Source of the DNA: Octopus bimaculoides
Lineage: Eukaryota
Direction: 5' to 3'
Assembly (NCBI RefSeq): GCF_001194135.2
Contig: NC_068992.1
Span: 9,750,391-9,814,390, forward strand
DNA: 64,000 nucleotides
The translations under genes and the position numbers were made by a program. The notes under the pieces are model-generated. The model was not told the DNA's origin, did no database searches, and saw nothing but the letters and a program-made list of their open reading frames with translations. Shown in pieces: positions 39,655-52,145 of this stretch (within the stretch, counting starts at the first letter, position 1; each line of letters opens with the position of its first letter).

Positions 39655-40303
39655 CATACATATATATATATATATGGATATATATATATATGCATACATA
39701 TATATATGTATATATATATCTATATATATATATATATACATACATACATATATATGTATATATACATACATACATATATATGTATATATACATACATACA
39801 TACATATATATATACATACATACATATATATATACATACATACATACATATATATATACATACATACATACATATATATATACATACATACATACATATA
39901 TATATACATACATACATACATATATATATACATACATACATANNNNNNNNNNNNNNNNNNNNNNNNNNNNNNNNNNNNNNNNNNNNNNNNNNNNNNNNNN
40001 NNNNNNNNNNNNNNNNNNNNNNNNNNNNNNNNNNNNNNNNNNNNNNNNNNNNNNNNNNNNNNNNNNNNNNNNNNNNNNNNNNNNNNNNNNNNNNNNNNNN
40101 NNNNNNNNNNNNNNNNNNNNNNNNNNNNNNNNNNNNNNNNNNNNNNNNNNNNNNNNNNNNNNNNNNNNNNNNNNNNNNNNNNNNNNNNNNNNNNNNNNNN
40201 NNNNNNNNNNNNNNNNNNNNNNNNNNNNNNNNNNNNNNNNNNNNNNNNNNNNNNNNNNNNNNNNNNNNNNNNNNNNNNNNNNNNNNNNNNNNNNNNNNNN
40301 NNN

Positions 40304-40343
<40 letters not shown>

Positions 40344-41789
40344 AGACAAAAGAATTATGGCTGAAAATTATTTCTGAACTCTTGTTGTTTCCATGGGAAA
40401 TCAATCAATGAATGAAAACTCATCTATATTTGATTTAACTAATTCTTCAAAGACAGACAGACAGACTACACAAATCGGTGAATTCTTTTTTTTTTTTTCT
40501 AAAAACTGTCATGAGCAATGAAAGAGAAAGTGTGTGTGTGTGTGTGTGTGTGTGTCTGTGTGTGTGCATATGTGAGAAAAGGGAGAGAGTGTGGGGGCAC
40601 GTATATGTGTGTGTGTGTATGTGAGTGAGAAAAGGAGTGAGAAAAGGAGTGAGAGAGTGTGTTTGTGTGTGTGTGTGTGTGTATGTGCAATTGTGGTGCC
40701 TGTTTTTAGGTGTACAAAGGAAGAGTATATGCATGTATGTGTAGTCAGTATGGTGTGTTTGTATGTGTGTATGTGACGCGTTGATATGAAAAGTGAAAGA
40801 TGAAAGGTCTGTCATCATCATCATCACTGTCGTCATCATCATCATCATCATAATCATCAAGTAATCCTATAAAATCGAGTAAAAATATCCACTTGGTGGT
40901 TAATGCCTTTGTTTGGTCAGTTTCGCATAGCACAGACAGTCACACACACACACACATATACCGAATTCATACTAATATTAGATTATTTATCTAACAACAA
41001 AGATTCTTGAGTAAACTGGAAACTCTCACCAATTCTCTGATAATGTAACTCTCTTGAAAAAAAAAAAAACTTTCTTCCAGCATAAAAGTGGAAATTTTCA
41101 GACCAAAATTTACAACCCAAAAAAATTTAGGTTTACTTAATACACCAAGATGGTTTTTCAAGGACCAAAAATTCCATGACAAAAGCAACAGGATTTGGAG
41201 AGATAGGGATAATGTTCGTATCTTTACACCACATGTTAACCCTAAACCTAACCCTAACCCTAAATATTATGTTGACTTGTATGTCAGAAAATATGGAATA
41301 TAAAAACTTGAATCCACCATTGCAGGCTGGCACAAGACTTCTATAAGACTTCTACTTTTAACAAAGATGAGTCACATAGACACCCAGCATCCCTTTATTG
41401 GGGCAAGGCGGCAAAAGGGGTAAAATGTTTGACTACCAGCTCAGGGGCTCTGAGTTCAAATCAACTCCGAGTGAAAATACTTTCAGGGTTAAGTAACTGG
41501 TCTTCTAAGAATGTTTCCTGATAAAGACCAGGGTGAGATTGATCCCTCATCTCCTTAACAATACCCTAATCCTTACCAAGTGATACCTCCTGGACCCACA
41601 TCTCTCAGAACAAGTTGCAGGCCTAATGCTGGTTGTACCAGTATTGGATGGAGACTGCAATATATTCATTTGAAAAGACCCCTCTACCTAAGATCCAAAC
41701 AAGTCCTTCGTTAACCTGTGCAAAAGGCAACTTGGCGTGATTGTTCTTTTGAACCCCTTTTCATTTTACAGCTTTTGGTGGGTTTTATT

Positions 41790-42075
41790 CTCTGCATTGA
41801 GAAGTCACGGCTCTGGTATTATGGACATGTGATTAGAATGTCACAGAAAAAAAATCACAAGACAAATTCTTCAAGTTGAGCCAAATGGCAGGAGACCAAG
41901 TGGTAAAAGAAGAATGAGATGGTTGCAAAATATCCATAGTCCAAGTTGGCCATGATTAAGAATCCAGACAGAAGGGCTAGTAATGGTAATTTATGATAGG
42001 ACCCGATGGAGGAGGTGCCTGAAGACCCAACCTACATGACCGTCTCAGGAATAATTAGTGGCAAGGATGGATGGA
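41790..42075 (+). mobile_element. RTE-clade LINE 3' end
   Basis: attgagaagtcacgg...tatggacatgtgattagaatg is shared with 8410-8460; YGHVIRM motif. Confidence 0.75.
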
Positions 42076-42122
42076 GAGATGGTTCTCTTTGACAAAATTA
42101 AGCAACAATCAAACCTTAGACA

Positions 42123-42123
<1 letters not shown>

Positions 42124-42156
<33 letters not shown>

Positions 42157-43085
42157 GTTTAACGTCCGCTTTCCATGCTAGCATGGGTTGGACAATTTGA
42201 CTGAGGACTGGTGAAACCGGATGGCAACACCAGGCTCAAATCTGATTTGGCAGAGTTTCTACAGCTGGATGCCCTTCCTAATGCCAACCACTCAGAGAGT
42301 GTAGTGGGTGCTTTTACGTGTCACCCGCACGAAGGCCAGTCAGGCGGTACTGGCAATGGCCACGCTCAAAAATGTGTATTTTATGTGCCACCCGCACAAG
42401 AGCCAGTCCAGGGACACTGGCACGATCTCGCTCGAATAAAGNNNNNNNNNNNNNNNNNNNNNNNNNNNNNNNNNNNNNNNNNNNNNNNNNNNNNNNNNNN
42501 NNNNNNNNNNNNNNNNNNNNNNNNNNNNNNNNNNNNNNNNNNNNNNNNNNNNNNNNNNNNNNNNNNNNNNNNNNNNNNNNNNNNNNNNNNNNNNNNNNNN
42601 NNNNNNNNNNNNNNNNNNNNNNNNNNNNNNNNNNNNNNNNNNNNNNNNNNNNNNNNNNNNNNNNNNNNNNNNNNNNNNNNNNNNNNNNNNNNNNNNNNNN
42701 NNNNNNNNNNNNNNNNNNNNNNNNNNNNNNNNNNNNNNNNNNNNNNNNNNNNNNNNNNNNNNNNNNNNNNNNNNNNNNNNNNNNNNNNNNNNNNNNNNNN
42801 NNNNNNNNNNNNNNNNNNNNNNNNNNNNNNNNNNNNNNNNNNNNNNNNNNNNNNNNNNNNNNNNNNNNNNNNNNNNNNNNNNNNNNNNNNNNNNNNNNNN
42901 NGGTGTATTTTATGTGCCACCCGCACAAGAGCCAGTCCAGGAGCACTGGCAACGATCTCGCTCGAAAATCCTACGAAGGCCAGTCACGCGGTACTGGCAA
43001 CGGCCACGCTCAAAATGGTGTATTTTATGTGCCACCCGCACAAGAGCCAGTCCAGGGACACTGGCACGATCTCGCTCGAATAAAG
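42124..43085 (-). mobile_element. Family D retroposon with expanded 115-bp tandem 5' array (gap inside)
   Basis: ggtgtattttatgtgcc at 42902 and 43017; body identical to the other copies. Confidence 0.85.
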
Positions 43086-45281
43086 CTTTTATCCAGGATG
43101 GCATTGATTTCTCATCTCCTTAATGTATTCCATCAACAGCTAAACACAAGCCACCATTTAAGCTTTGCAAAGTGTTTTGGCGATATTTACATTTTACGCA
43201 TTACCTGTTGACAGCTAAAGTGACTTGTCGACTGCAAGAGTCGACTGTCATGTTCAAGGATGCAGACATGACACAATACCAACTGGAAGGCCATTAGAAA
43301 TACAATCAACTGCAGAGTGCTAGTATTTTATATGAAGGCTTTACCACTTGGCAACATAGTTTAGTATTTGTTCTACAACCTAGATACTCAGACATTCATT
43401 CTCCCGAGTGTAACAATGAAGTAATTACTAATCAATAAATACGAGTAATGGAGTTACTGTAATCAACTACAGCCCGAAATAGAATGCCCCAGCATGGCTA
43501 CAGCCTAGTGATTGAAATTAGTAAGAGAAAAATTTCAGACACAGGTTCAAGGCCAGGAAGTTGCAGTGGTGGAGTTCAGCTGATGAAATCAAACCCCGAT
43601 AAGTTAACAAGCTTGGTATAGTCTTCTGACCTGTTTATTCCTATCAAACCATCCAACCCATGCCAGCATGGAAAATGGATGCTAAATGATGATGATGATG
43701 ATGGTGATGATGACGACGACGACGATGACGATGATGATTCTGAAAGAATGAATGGTAAAGTTGGCTTTGGCAGGATTTGAACTCAGAATGTAAACAACCA
43801 GAATACTGTGAAGTGTTTTGTCTGACACTTTGATGATTCTATTAATTCACTCCACCCCCCACTCCCCTCTCACAAAAAAAAACATCAAATAACGAAAGTG
43901 TGAGGATCGATTAACATTTCCTTTGGCTTCTGCTTAATACTTAATGGGTAACAGCGAACAGGATGAGATGACATGGAAAAGGGATTTGTAAAAGAGTACC
44001 AAACTAACTAGAATCGTCAAAAGAAATTTGGTGGCCAACACTCTTNNNNNNNNNNNNNNNNNNNNNNNNNNNNNNNNNNNNNNNNNNNNNNNNNNNNNNN
44101 NNNNNNNNNNNNNNNNNNNNNNNNNNNNNNNNNNNNNNNNNNNNNNNNNNNNNNNNNNNNNNNNNNNNNNNNNNNNNNNNNNNNNNNNNNNNNNNNNNNN
44201 NNNNNNNNNNNNNNNNNNNNNNNNNNNNNNNNNNNNNNNNNNNNNNNNNNNNNNNNNNNNNNNNNNNNNNNNNNNNNNNNNNNNNNNNNNNNNNNNNNNN
44301 NNNNNNNNNNNNNNNNNNNNNNNNNNNNNNNNNNNNNNNNNNNNNNNNNNNNNNNNNNNNNNNNNNNNNNNNNNNNNNNNNNNNNNNNNNNNNNNNNNNN
44401 NNNNNNNNNNNNNNNNNNNNNNNNNNNNNNNNNNNNNNNNNNNNNNNNNNNNNNNNNNNNNNNNNNNNNNNNNNNNNNNNNNNNNNNNNNNNNNNNNNNN
44501 NNNNNNNNNNNNNNNNNNNNNNNNNNNNNNNNNNNNNNNNNNNNNNNNNNNNNNNNNNNNNNNNNNNNNNNNNNNNNNNNNNNNNNNNNNNNNNNNNNNN
44601 NNNNNNNNNNNNNNNNNNNNNNNNNNNNNNNNNNNNNNNNNNNNNNNNNNNNNNNNNNNNNNNNNNNNNNNNNNNNNNNNNTTCCATCCCTAACCCTAAC
44701 CCTAAAACCCTAACCCTCCCTTCAAAATAAATCGCGCTCTCTGTATGTCTTTCGCTTTTATGACTTCGTTTCCCTGTTTCTCTCCAACACTTTTTACGGA
44801 AAAGGCCGATCTTTGGTAAAGATCGCCGAAGACACTTTTTACGGAAAAGGCCGATATTTAGGACTCGTACCGTAAGATCGCCACATTTGGTGTGAATATG
44901 GAATCTAGTGAGACTATCTTTCGATTTGTAAACAAAAGTTTTTGAGAAATTAGTTAGGTAAATAGATGGAAAGGTGGATGGAGGCACAGACATGTGCTTA
45001 AGAAGCTCTCTTTGTAACCCAGTGGTTTCAAGTTCAGTCCCACAGCACGTTATCTTCTACTATAGCCCCGGGTCAACCAATGCTCCATGACTGAAAACGT
45101 CATGTATCGGTCCATCCGCTCGCCATCAAATAAATGAATTATGTATTTCTCAGATAGATGTATTTCTCCATAAATTGAATTTGTAATGATATTTAGATCA
45201 AGTAAGTGGGGTAGAAAGTTAGCAAAAGTCTTTTTTAGAAAATTAATCGATGTAATTGTGCAACAAAATCGAAAATATAGG

Positions 45282-46621
45282 CTATTATAGGCACAGTATT
45301 CATATATTATTCAAATTAGTCATGATTAATTGATTAAGAAATAAATATTTCATATTAAACAAACATAGTTGTAAATAAACCAAACATTTCTGTAAAATAA
45401 ACGAAAGGTGGGGTCTGTTCAAGGGAAGCAACCCGTTTAATATATTTTAGTCATGATGGATTATGCCCCTTGGTATAATTCTGCTCTGACGAACAAGCCT
45501 GGAGAACATTGTAGTTGAAGTCGCGGATGGGGACGAATAGATTTTAACAAACCTAGCTGACTCAATGATTAACCGAACGATTAATCAAACAATCGATTAT
45601 GTAATTGACTAAATGGTTAACCAGTTGAAAAGTAGAAATAAAAAAGTGAAATAGAACCAGAGCGTGTGTTTATTGTTGGCATAATAACCCACCCGAGGCA
45701 CATGAGTTCACATCAAAATACTTGCAAACCAAACACAAAAGCGTGACCATCCCCACCGCCGACTTCCAGAAAAACAGATATTTTTTTAATGAAGTTGCTA
45801 CAAATACCTCGAGGATGGTACAGACTATATCGGAACTTAATGTGTCCCCATTAAAAAACAACAATGTATGTATGTATATGTGGAGATTTTTATGTTTTGT
45901 TTTATGTGTGTATTCTCGTGCCCATACTCGCATACATAGACGTACTCATATATACTTATATGATAAACTTCTGGAAAGTTTTACAGACTTTTACAGTTCC
46001 AATGATGGATTGTATCTGTAGTCTTCGAATCAGCTTTCTGGTTTGTTTGTATGTATGAATGTATCCATCACGTATATATCTACAAAATGTAGCTTAAAAT
46101 TTTGAAAAGATTATGTAATGTAAGTGTGTATGTGTGCACGCCCACCAATTTTTTTTTTTTTTTTTTCATATTAAATTCCGATATAATCGTAATCTAAATT
46201 ATATCAAAGGTATTTGTAGAAAATTTCATCAAAAAAATATTCATTTTTCTGGAAACCAAAAGCGAATGATTGCAATTTGGGAGTGAAAAGGGATACGATG
46301 TAGAGAGGGGTTTGAGCTTTTTGTGAAAATAATAGGGGTTAATACGAAGTGAAACAGTTTCATCCGTGACACCAAATTCACTTTCGATAGGAGCTTAACC
46401 AGCAAGTTCTTGTGGTAATAGCTTCATTCTTGGCCATGTTCTATTATAGGTATAGTATTCATATATTATTCAAATTAGTCATGGTTAATTGATTAAGAAA
46501 TATTTCATATTAAGAAACATAGTTGTAAATAAATCATAAAATTTTCTGTAAAATAAACGAAAGGTGGTGTCTGTTCAAGGGAAGCAACCCGTTTAATATA
46601 TTTTAGTCATAATGGATTATG
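45282..46621. repeat. Direct repeats of about 180 bp (45282-45465 and 46441-46621) flanking about 1 kb
   Basis: Both begin ctattatagg and end ttttagtcat(g/a)atggattatg, with few differences by eye. Confidence 0.85.
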
Positions 46622-47923
46622 TAAAGGGTTGTGCAAAATATGTTAAACCCTACCTCCGTGAATGACTGATACATAATTCAGTGATATCCTCCCCATCTTC
46701 CCACCCCAGTAATCAATGAATGGTTAAGCTATATAAAAACCAATCTCTTTAAGGCTGGAAGATGCTATGGCTAATGTTTATGACATTCATATTCATAGCA
46801 CTGCTGAATGATCGTAACTTTGTGTTGAGATCAGTTAACCAGCTCTGATGTCTTCACTTCTGCTACCAATTCTACTTAGAATAAATAGCATTATAACAGA
46901 TAGAAGTTTAACAAAAACCGTAATAATCCTCATACTAGATATCTTTTTAGTATTTACTTTCTACATTCAAATTTAGATAGATAGATATATAGATAGATGT
47001 GTGTGTGTGTGTGCGTGTAAGATATACCTAAAAAAAACAAAGAAAATGAAACAGACAGACATGTTCTGCATCTGTGTATAAATATGGAAGTTCTAAATTT
47101 TTTTTCTTTGCAAATATTTTTTCTTATTTTTAAGTTCCATTTCATTCTACAATTTATAATTTTTTCAAAAATCAATTACTGTATTAAATCTTGTTGCTTC
47201 TTCTTTATTAGACAGGAGTGGTCTGAACTAGAACTTAAACTAAAAACACATTTCTTTTATTGTATAAATCTAAATTTAGGTTTTCTCTATGCAAATGATT
47301 ATCCTTCACCTGTTTCACACACACACACATACAGAGAGAGACAGAGAAAGAGATACATATATATATATATATATATANNNNNNNNNNCTTTTGTTGTCTT
47401 ACCATCACTATTAATATATATGTATATATATGTATATATATAGAGCCATAACACACACACACATATACAAACAAATGAAAAGAAGAAAAAGACAAAGAAA
47501 ATTCTTTAACACATCTTTAATTATATGGCTAGATGGCCTTTATAGTGTGTGCTCAGTTCTTTAATCGTGCCAGTGGCACTATTGAGGCAGTGTGTCCAGG
47601 TGGTCCCTTGGAACAGAAGAGCAAAGAATGTGGATGTGAGTTTGTATGGGGGAAGGGGTGCAAGGGATAAGGGAAACGGGAGCAGAGAGATAAAGAACTT
47701 CTGTGAAGAATGGTTTAGGACTGAATGGTGGACGGAGGGAGGAAGACTAGCAAAAGGATAGTAATAATGGTAGGGTTGACAGTGGGGAGAACAAGAGAGA
47801 GGGGTGATGTGTGTTTGGATAGGCTGGAGCAGAGACAGAAAGAGAGATAGACAAGCACAGAGCATGAGGAGAGATAGGTTGGTGGTCCAGTGGGAGCGAA
47901 AAGGATTATTAATTTAATGTAGG

Positions 47924-48242
47924 TGCAGGAGTGGCTATGTGGTAAGTAGCTTGCTTACCAACCACATGGTTCTGGGTTCAGTCCCACTGTGTGGCATCTT
48001 GGGCAAGTGTCTTCTACTATAGCCTCAGGCCGACCAAAGCCTTGTGAGTGGATTTGGTAGACGGAAACGGAAAAAGAAGCCCGTCGTATATATGTATATA
48101 TATATATGTGTGTGTATATATGTTTGTGTGTCTGTGTTTGTCCCCCCAACATCGCTTGACAACCGATGCTGGTGTGCTTACGTCCCCGTAACTTAGCGGT
48201 TCGGCGAAACAGACCGATAGAATAAGTACTAGGCTTACAAAG
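47924..48242 (+). mobile_element. SINE family A (runs into gap)
   Basis: Near-identical to 7885-8190. Confidence 0.9.
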
Positions 48243-49456
48243 NNNNNNNNNNNNNNNNNNNNNNNNNNNNNNNNNNNNNNNNNNNNNNNNNNNNNNNNNN
48301 NNNNNNNNNNNNNNNNNNNNNNNNNNNNNNNNNNNNNNNNNNNNNNNNNNNNNNNNNNNNNNNNNNNNNNNNNNNNNNNNNNNNNNNNNNNNNNNNNNNN
48401 NNNNNNNNNNNNNNNNNNNNNNNNNNNNNNNNNNNNNNNNNNNNNNNNNNNNNNNNNNNNNNNNNNNNNNNNNNNNNNNNNNNNNNNNNNNNNNNNNNNN
48501 NNNNNNNNNNNNNNNNNNNNNNNNNNNNNNNNNNNNNNNNNNNNNNNNNNNNNNNNNNNNNNNNNNNNNNNNNNNNNNNNNNNNNNNNNNNNNNNNNNNN
48601 NNNNNNNNNNNNNNNNNNNNNNNNNNNNNNNNNNNNNNNNNNNNNNNNNNNNNNNNNNNNNNNNNNNNNNNNNNNNNNNNNNNNNNNNNNNNNNNNNNNN
48701 NNNNNNNNNNNNNNNNNNNNNNNNNNNNNNNNNNNNNNNNNNNNNNNNNNNNNNNNNNNNNNNNNNNNNNNNNNNNNNNNNNNNNNNNNNNNNNNNNNNN
48801 NNNNNNNNNNNNNNNNNNNNNNNNNNNNNNNNNNNNNNNNNNNNNNNNNNNNNNNNNNNNNNNNNNNNNNNNNNNNNNNNNNNNNNNNNNNNNNNNNNNN
48901 NNNNNNNNNNNNNNNNNNNNNNNNNNNNNNNNNNNNNNNNNNNNNNNNNNNNNNNNNNNNNNNNNNNNNNNNNNNNNNNNNNNNNNNNNNNNNNNNNNNN
49001 NNNNNNNNNNNNNNNNNNNNNNNNNNNNNNNNNNNNNNNNNNNNNNNNNNNNNNNNNNNNNNNNNNNNNNNNNNNNNNNNNNNNNNNNNNNNNNNNNNNN
49101 NNNNNNNNNNNNNNNNNNNGTTACAGAGGTTTAAATGTTGATTATTTTTACCCAGTCAGAAAACCGGAATTGGAAGCTGGTATTTTTTGTGTGATAACTT
49201 TTATTAGATAAGATAAAGGCAATATATTACGACGACAAAAAGTTGTAAGAAGTTTTGCAGTTTTAAGTAAGTTTCAATGAATAAAGTCATGTGAAACGTT
49301 GGAACAGGAAATATAACAAGGAAATATCCTCAACGAGATTTTTTTTTTTTTTTTGCGAAAAATTACAAAAGAACAAACTGGACATTATACTACTGTAGCT
49401 CAGTTCATGTAAACAAAAGCGGAAATTCAAATCCGAAAGTTTGAGAGACATTAGGA

Positions 49457-51070
49457 CAGTGTTTCTCACGTACGTCTGTTAGAGTGGGTTGTGAAAATTT
49501 TGGCAAGTGACTTGAGGGCACACTTGTCAACCCTAAGCCTGTCTTTGGACACTGAAATGAAGAATGAATATCATTGCCAGGCAATATTTATACGTAAACC
49601 ATGGGGATCGATGTAGCTACGACCAATCAGCGTCACGAGTGAGGAATCGGCATTTGTTAGGCGTTTATTTCTCTGTTTCAATATCTATTGTCCAGTGTCA
49701 AACGTCTATAGAAACAGTAGTCAACTCCGCTCACTATTGTCGATTGATGCTTGGAATCTCTTTCTTTCTACGCTGTGCAAAAATCGTCATCCCTATCGCT
49801 TCATCATTTTCTTAGATTTTGTGTTAGTCCTTTTTAAAATGAGTAAACAAAGCGCAAGAAGAAGACTCGTCAATATTCGGTGGAGTTTTTGAAGTTTGAG
49901 TTTATTCTCGATGAGCATGATGAGTGTAAACAGTTCTGCTTATTGTGTCATCAGAAAACGAGCAGTGAATCAATGAAGGCAGGCTAAAAGCGCACTTGAG
50001 GATAAGGCATCCCAACAATTCTAATTCAGATTTGGAGTACTTCAAATCACTGAAAGAAAATTTTGAAAACTGAACAAAACTCACTTCATTATTTGCTGCA
50101 CAACATGCATCCCACATTCGTGCCCTCGAAGCCAGCTATGAAATCTCCCTGCTTATAGCAAAACATGGAAAGAATCATATTATGGAAGAGTAACTGATTA
50201 AACCAGCCATCTCAATATTCTTAAAAACTGTGCAACAAAAAGGTGATAGAGATGTCAGGGTCATGCCACTCGGTAATAACACTGTCTCCAACAGAATTGA
50301 TGAAATGGAGCAAGATGTTGAGAACCAGCTTATTGAGACATTAAAATTACAAGAATTCTCATTACAAATAGATGAATCTACATTTCAGGACAGTGAGACC
50401 CTGTTATTGATTTATGTGAAATATATTGAGCACAAGGCTTTTCAGGAAGAGATGTTGTTTTGCACATCATTGGAAACCACAACTGCAAAGCATGTCAAGT
50501 AAACAGTAAGTCGACCTCTACCAGCAAATGATGGTAGTGATGACGCAAAATTTGGTTTATATTTTCAGTTGAATGCCACATTAGAAGAAATACCAGCATA
50601 TCTACACAAGTGTGCTCCTCCATCACTTTGTTTCCTCATGACTTCCAGAAAAGTGGATATTTTTAACACATTTACATTACTTGGATGCAAACAAAATACC
50701 AAAAGAAAACTTATTGTTATGCACAGCAGACGATGCACCTGCTATGATGGGCAAGAAAACAGGATGCTTAAAAATGATGAAGGATGAAAATCCAAACATG
50801 ATGATTGTCCATTGCGTTATACACTGACAAAACTTGGTTGCCAAGACACTGTCCCCTATTCTTAACGAGATTCAACAAGCTGTGATCAAGTGTGTCAATA
50901 GCATTAAAGCAAATCCCAAAACCGAATGTCTTTTGAAGCAGTTTTGTATAAATCAAAGTGCCAAGTATGTTCAATTATCGCTTCATACAGAAGAAAGGTG
51001 GTTATCAAGTGGAAATAGCTTAAAAAGATTCATGGAATTATTTGATCAGCTTAATGACTTTCTCAATGAT
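49457..51070 (+). mobile_element. hAT Buster/Charlie-type transposon, left end plus frameshifted transposase, 3'-truncated
   Basis: Left TIR CAGTGTTTCTCA preceded by 8-bp cattagga (nnnTAnnn). N-terminal CLLC...HLRIRH zinc finger, MPLGNNTVSNRIDEM...FSLQIDES, PAMMGK, IVHCVIH and LHTEERWLS motifs as in ZBED5/FAM200/SCAND3-like transposases. Confidence 0.9.
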
Positions 51071-51074
51071 GGAG

Positions 51075-51178
51075 TTAGGGTTTAGGGTTTAAAGTTAGAA
51101 TTAGGGGTTAGAGTTTAGGGCTTAGGGTTGGGGGTTAGGATTACAATTAGGGTTTAGAGTTTAGAGTTGGTGCTTAGG
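51075..51178 (+). repeat. Degenerate (TTAGGG)n tract
   Basis: ttaggg/tttaggg/ttagag units, beginning immediately where transposase homology stops. Confidence 0.8.
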
Positions 51179-51811
51179 TCAGTCTGACCAGTGGATAACC
51201 TGGGATTAATCAATTAGGGACCTATTTTTAGTGAACATTTTATCAAACTTTTTTCCAGAACAAGTGAATAACAAAATCAGATTCAGGGTGAGAAATTACA
51301 TCAATTTACCATGTTTAGAAAAAAGTACATTTGTAGCAAAACAAAAACGAGCAGACATCTTGGATTGTTACTATGGAAACAGGCATTAAAATTAACCAAG
51401 ATTTGTAAACTTTAAAAGCTATTAACTTTTATTTAATTTATGGCAAAAATGAATTTCATTAACATGATTAGCATACAAAACTACATCAATACACTGAATT
51501 TGAAATCAATTAGAAAAATCAAAAGAATTGAAAACTGTGAACCAAACAAAAAATCCCATGAAAAGTCATAAGTCAAGATATGCCTATATATCATCATCAT
51601 CGTCATCATCATTTAACATTCACTTTTCCATTGTGCATGGGTCAGATGGAATTGGTTGAGGCAGATTTTCTACAGCCAGATGCTCTTCCTGTTGCCAAAC
51701 CTCACCTATTTCCCATGGCTAGACATATTTTTCATGCAAGACTGGAAACAAATAACATCACTTGTAAGACAGCAAGATCATTTACAACCATCATGTGATG
51801 TCAAGACAAAG

Positions 51812-51845
<34 letters not shown>

Positions 51846-52145
51846 TATTCTGTGTCTGAGGTGTGTCATTCTCTTTTAGTGCCTTATTACTCAACACACT
51901 CACTGGTTTGATTTCCACTCATTTACTTATTTATATTTTCTAAAATTTTCGTTGCATCTTGTAACCTTTTCAGTAGTCATTAGCTCTGTTCGTTATCAGA
52001 GATGTGTTCTTTTTGTTTGTTTGTTTGTTTGTGCACATGTGTGTGTGTGTGTCAGTGTGCATGAACACATAAACACACACATAAACATGCAGATACATAC
52101 AAACGTACACACATGCATACAAACGCATACATCTGAAGTGTATTT

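Noticed and set aside
46728-46740. TATA-like ctatataaaaacc
   Set aside because: Expected by chance in AT-rich DNA; no downstream exon support.
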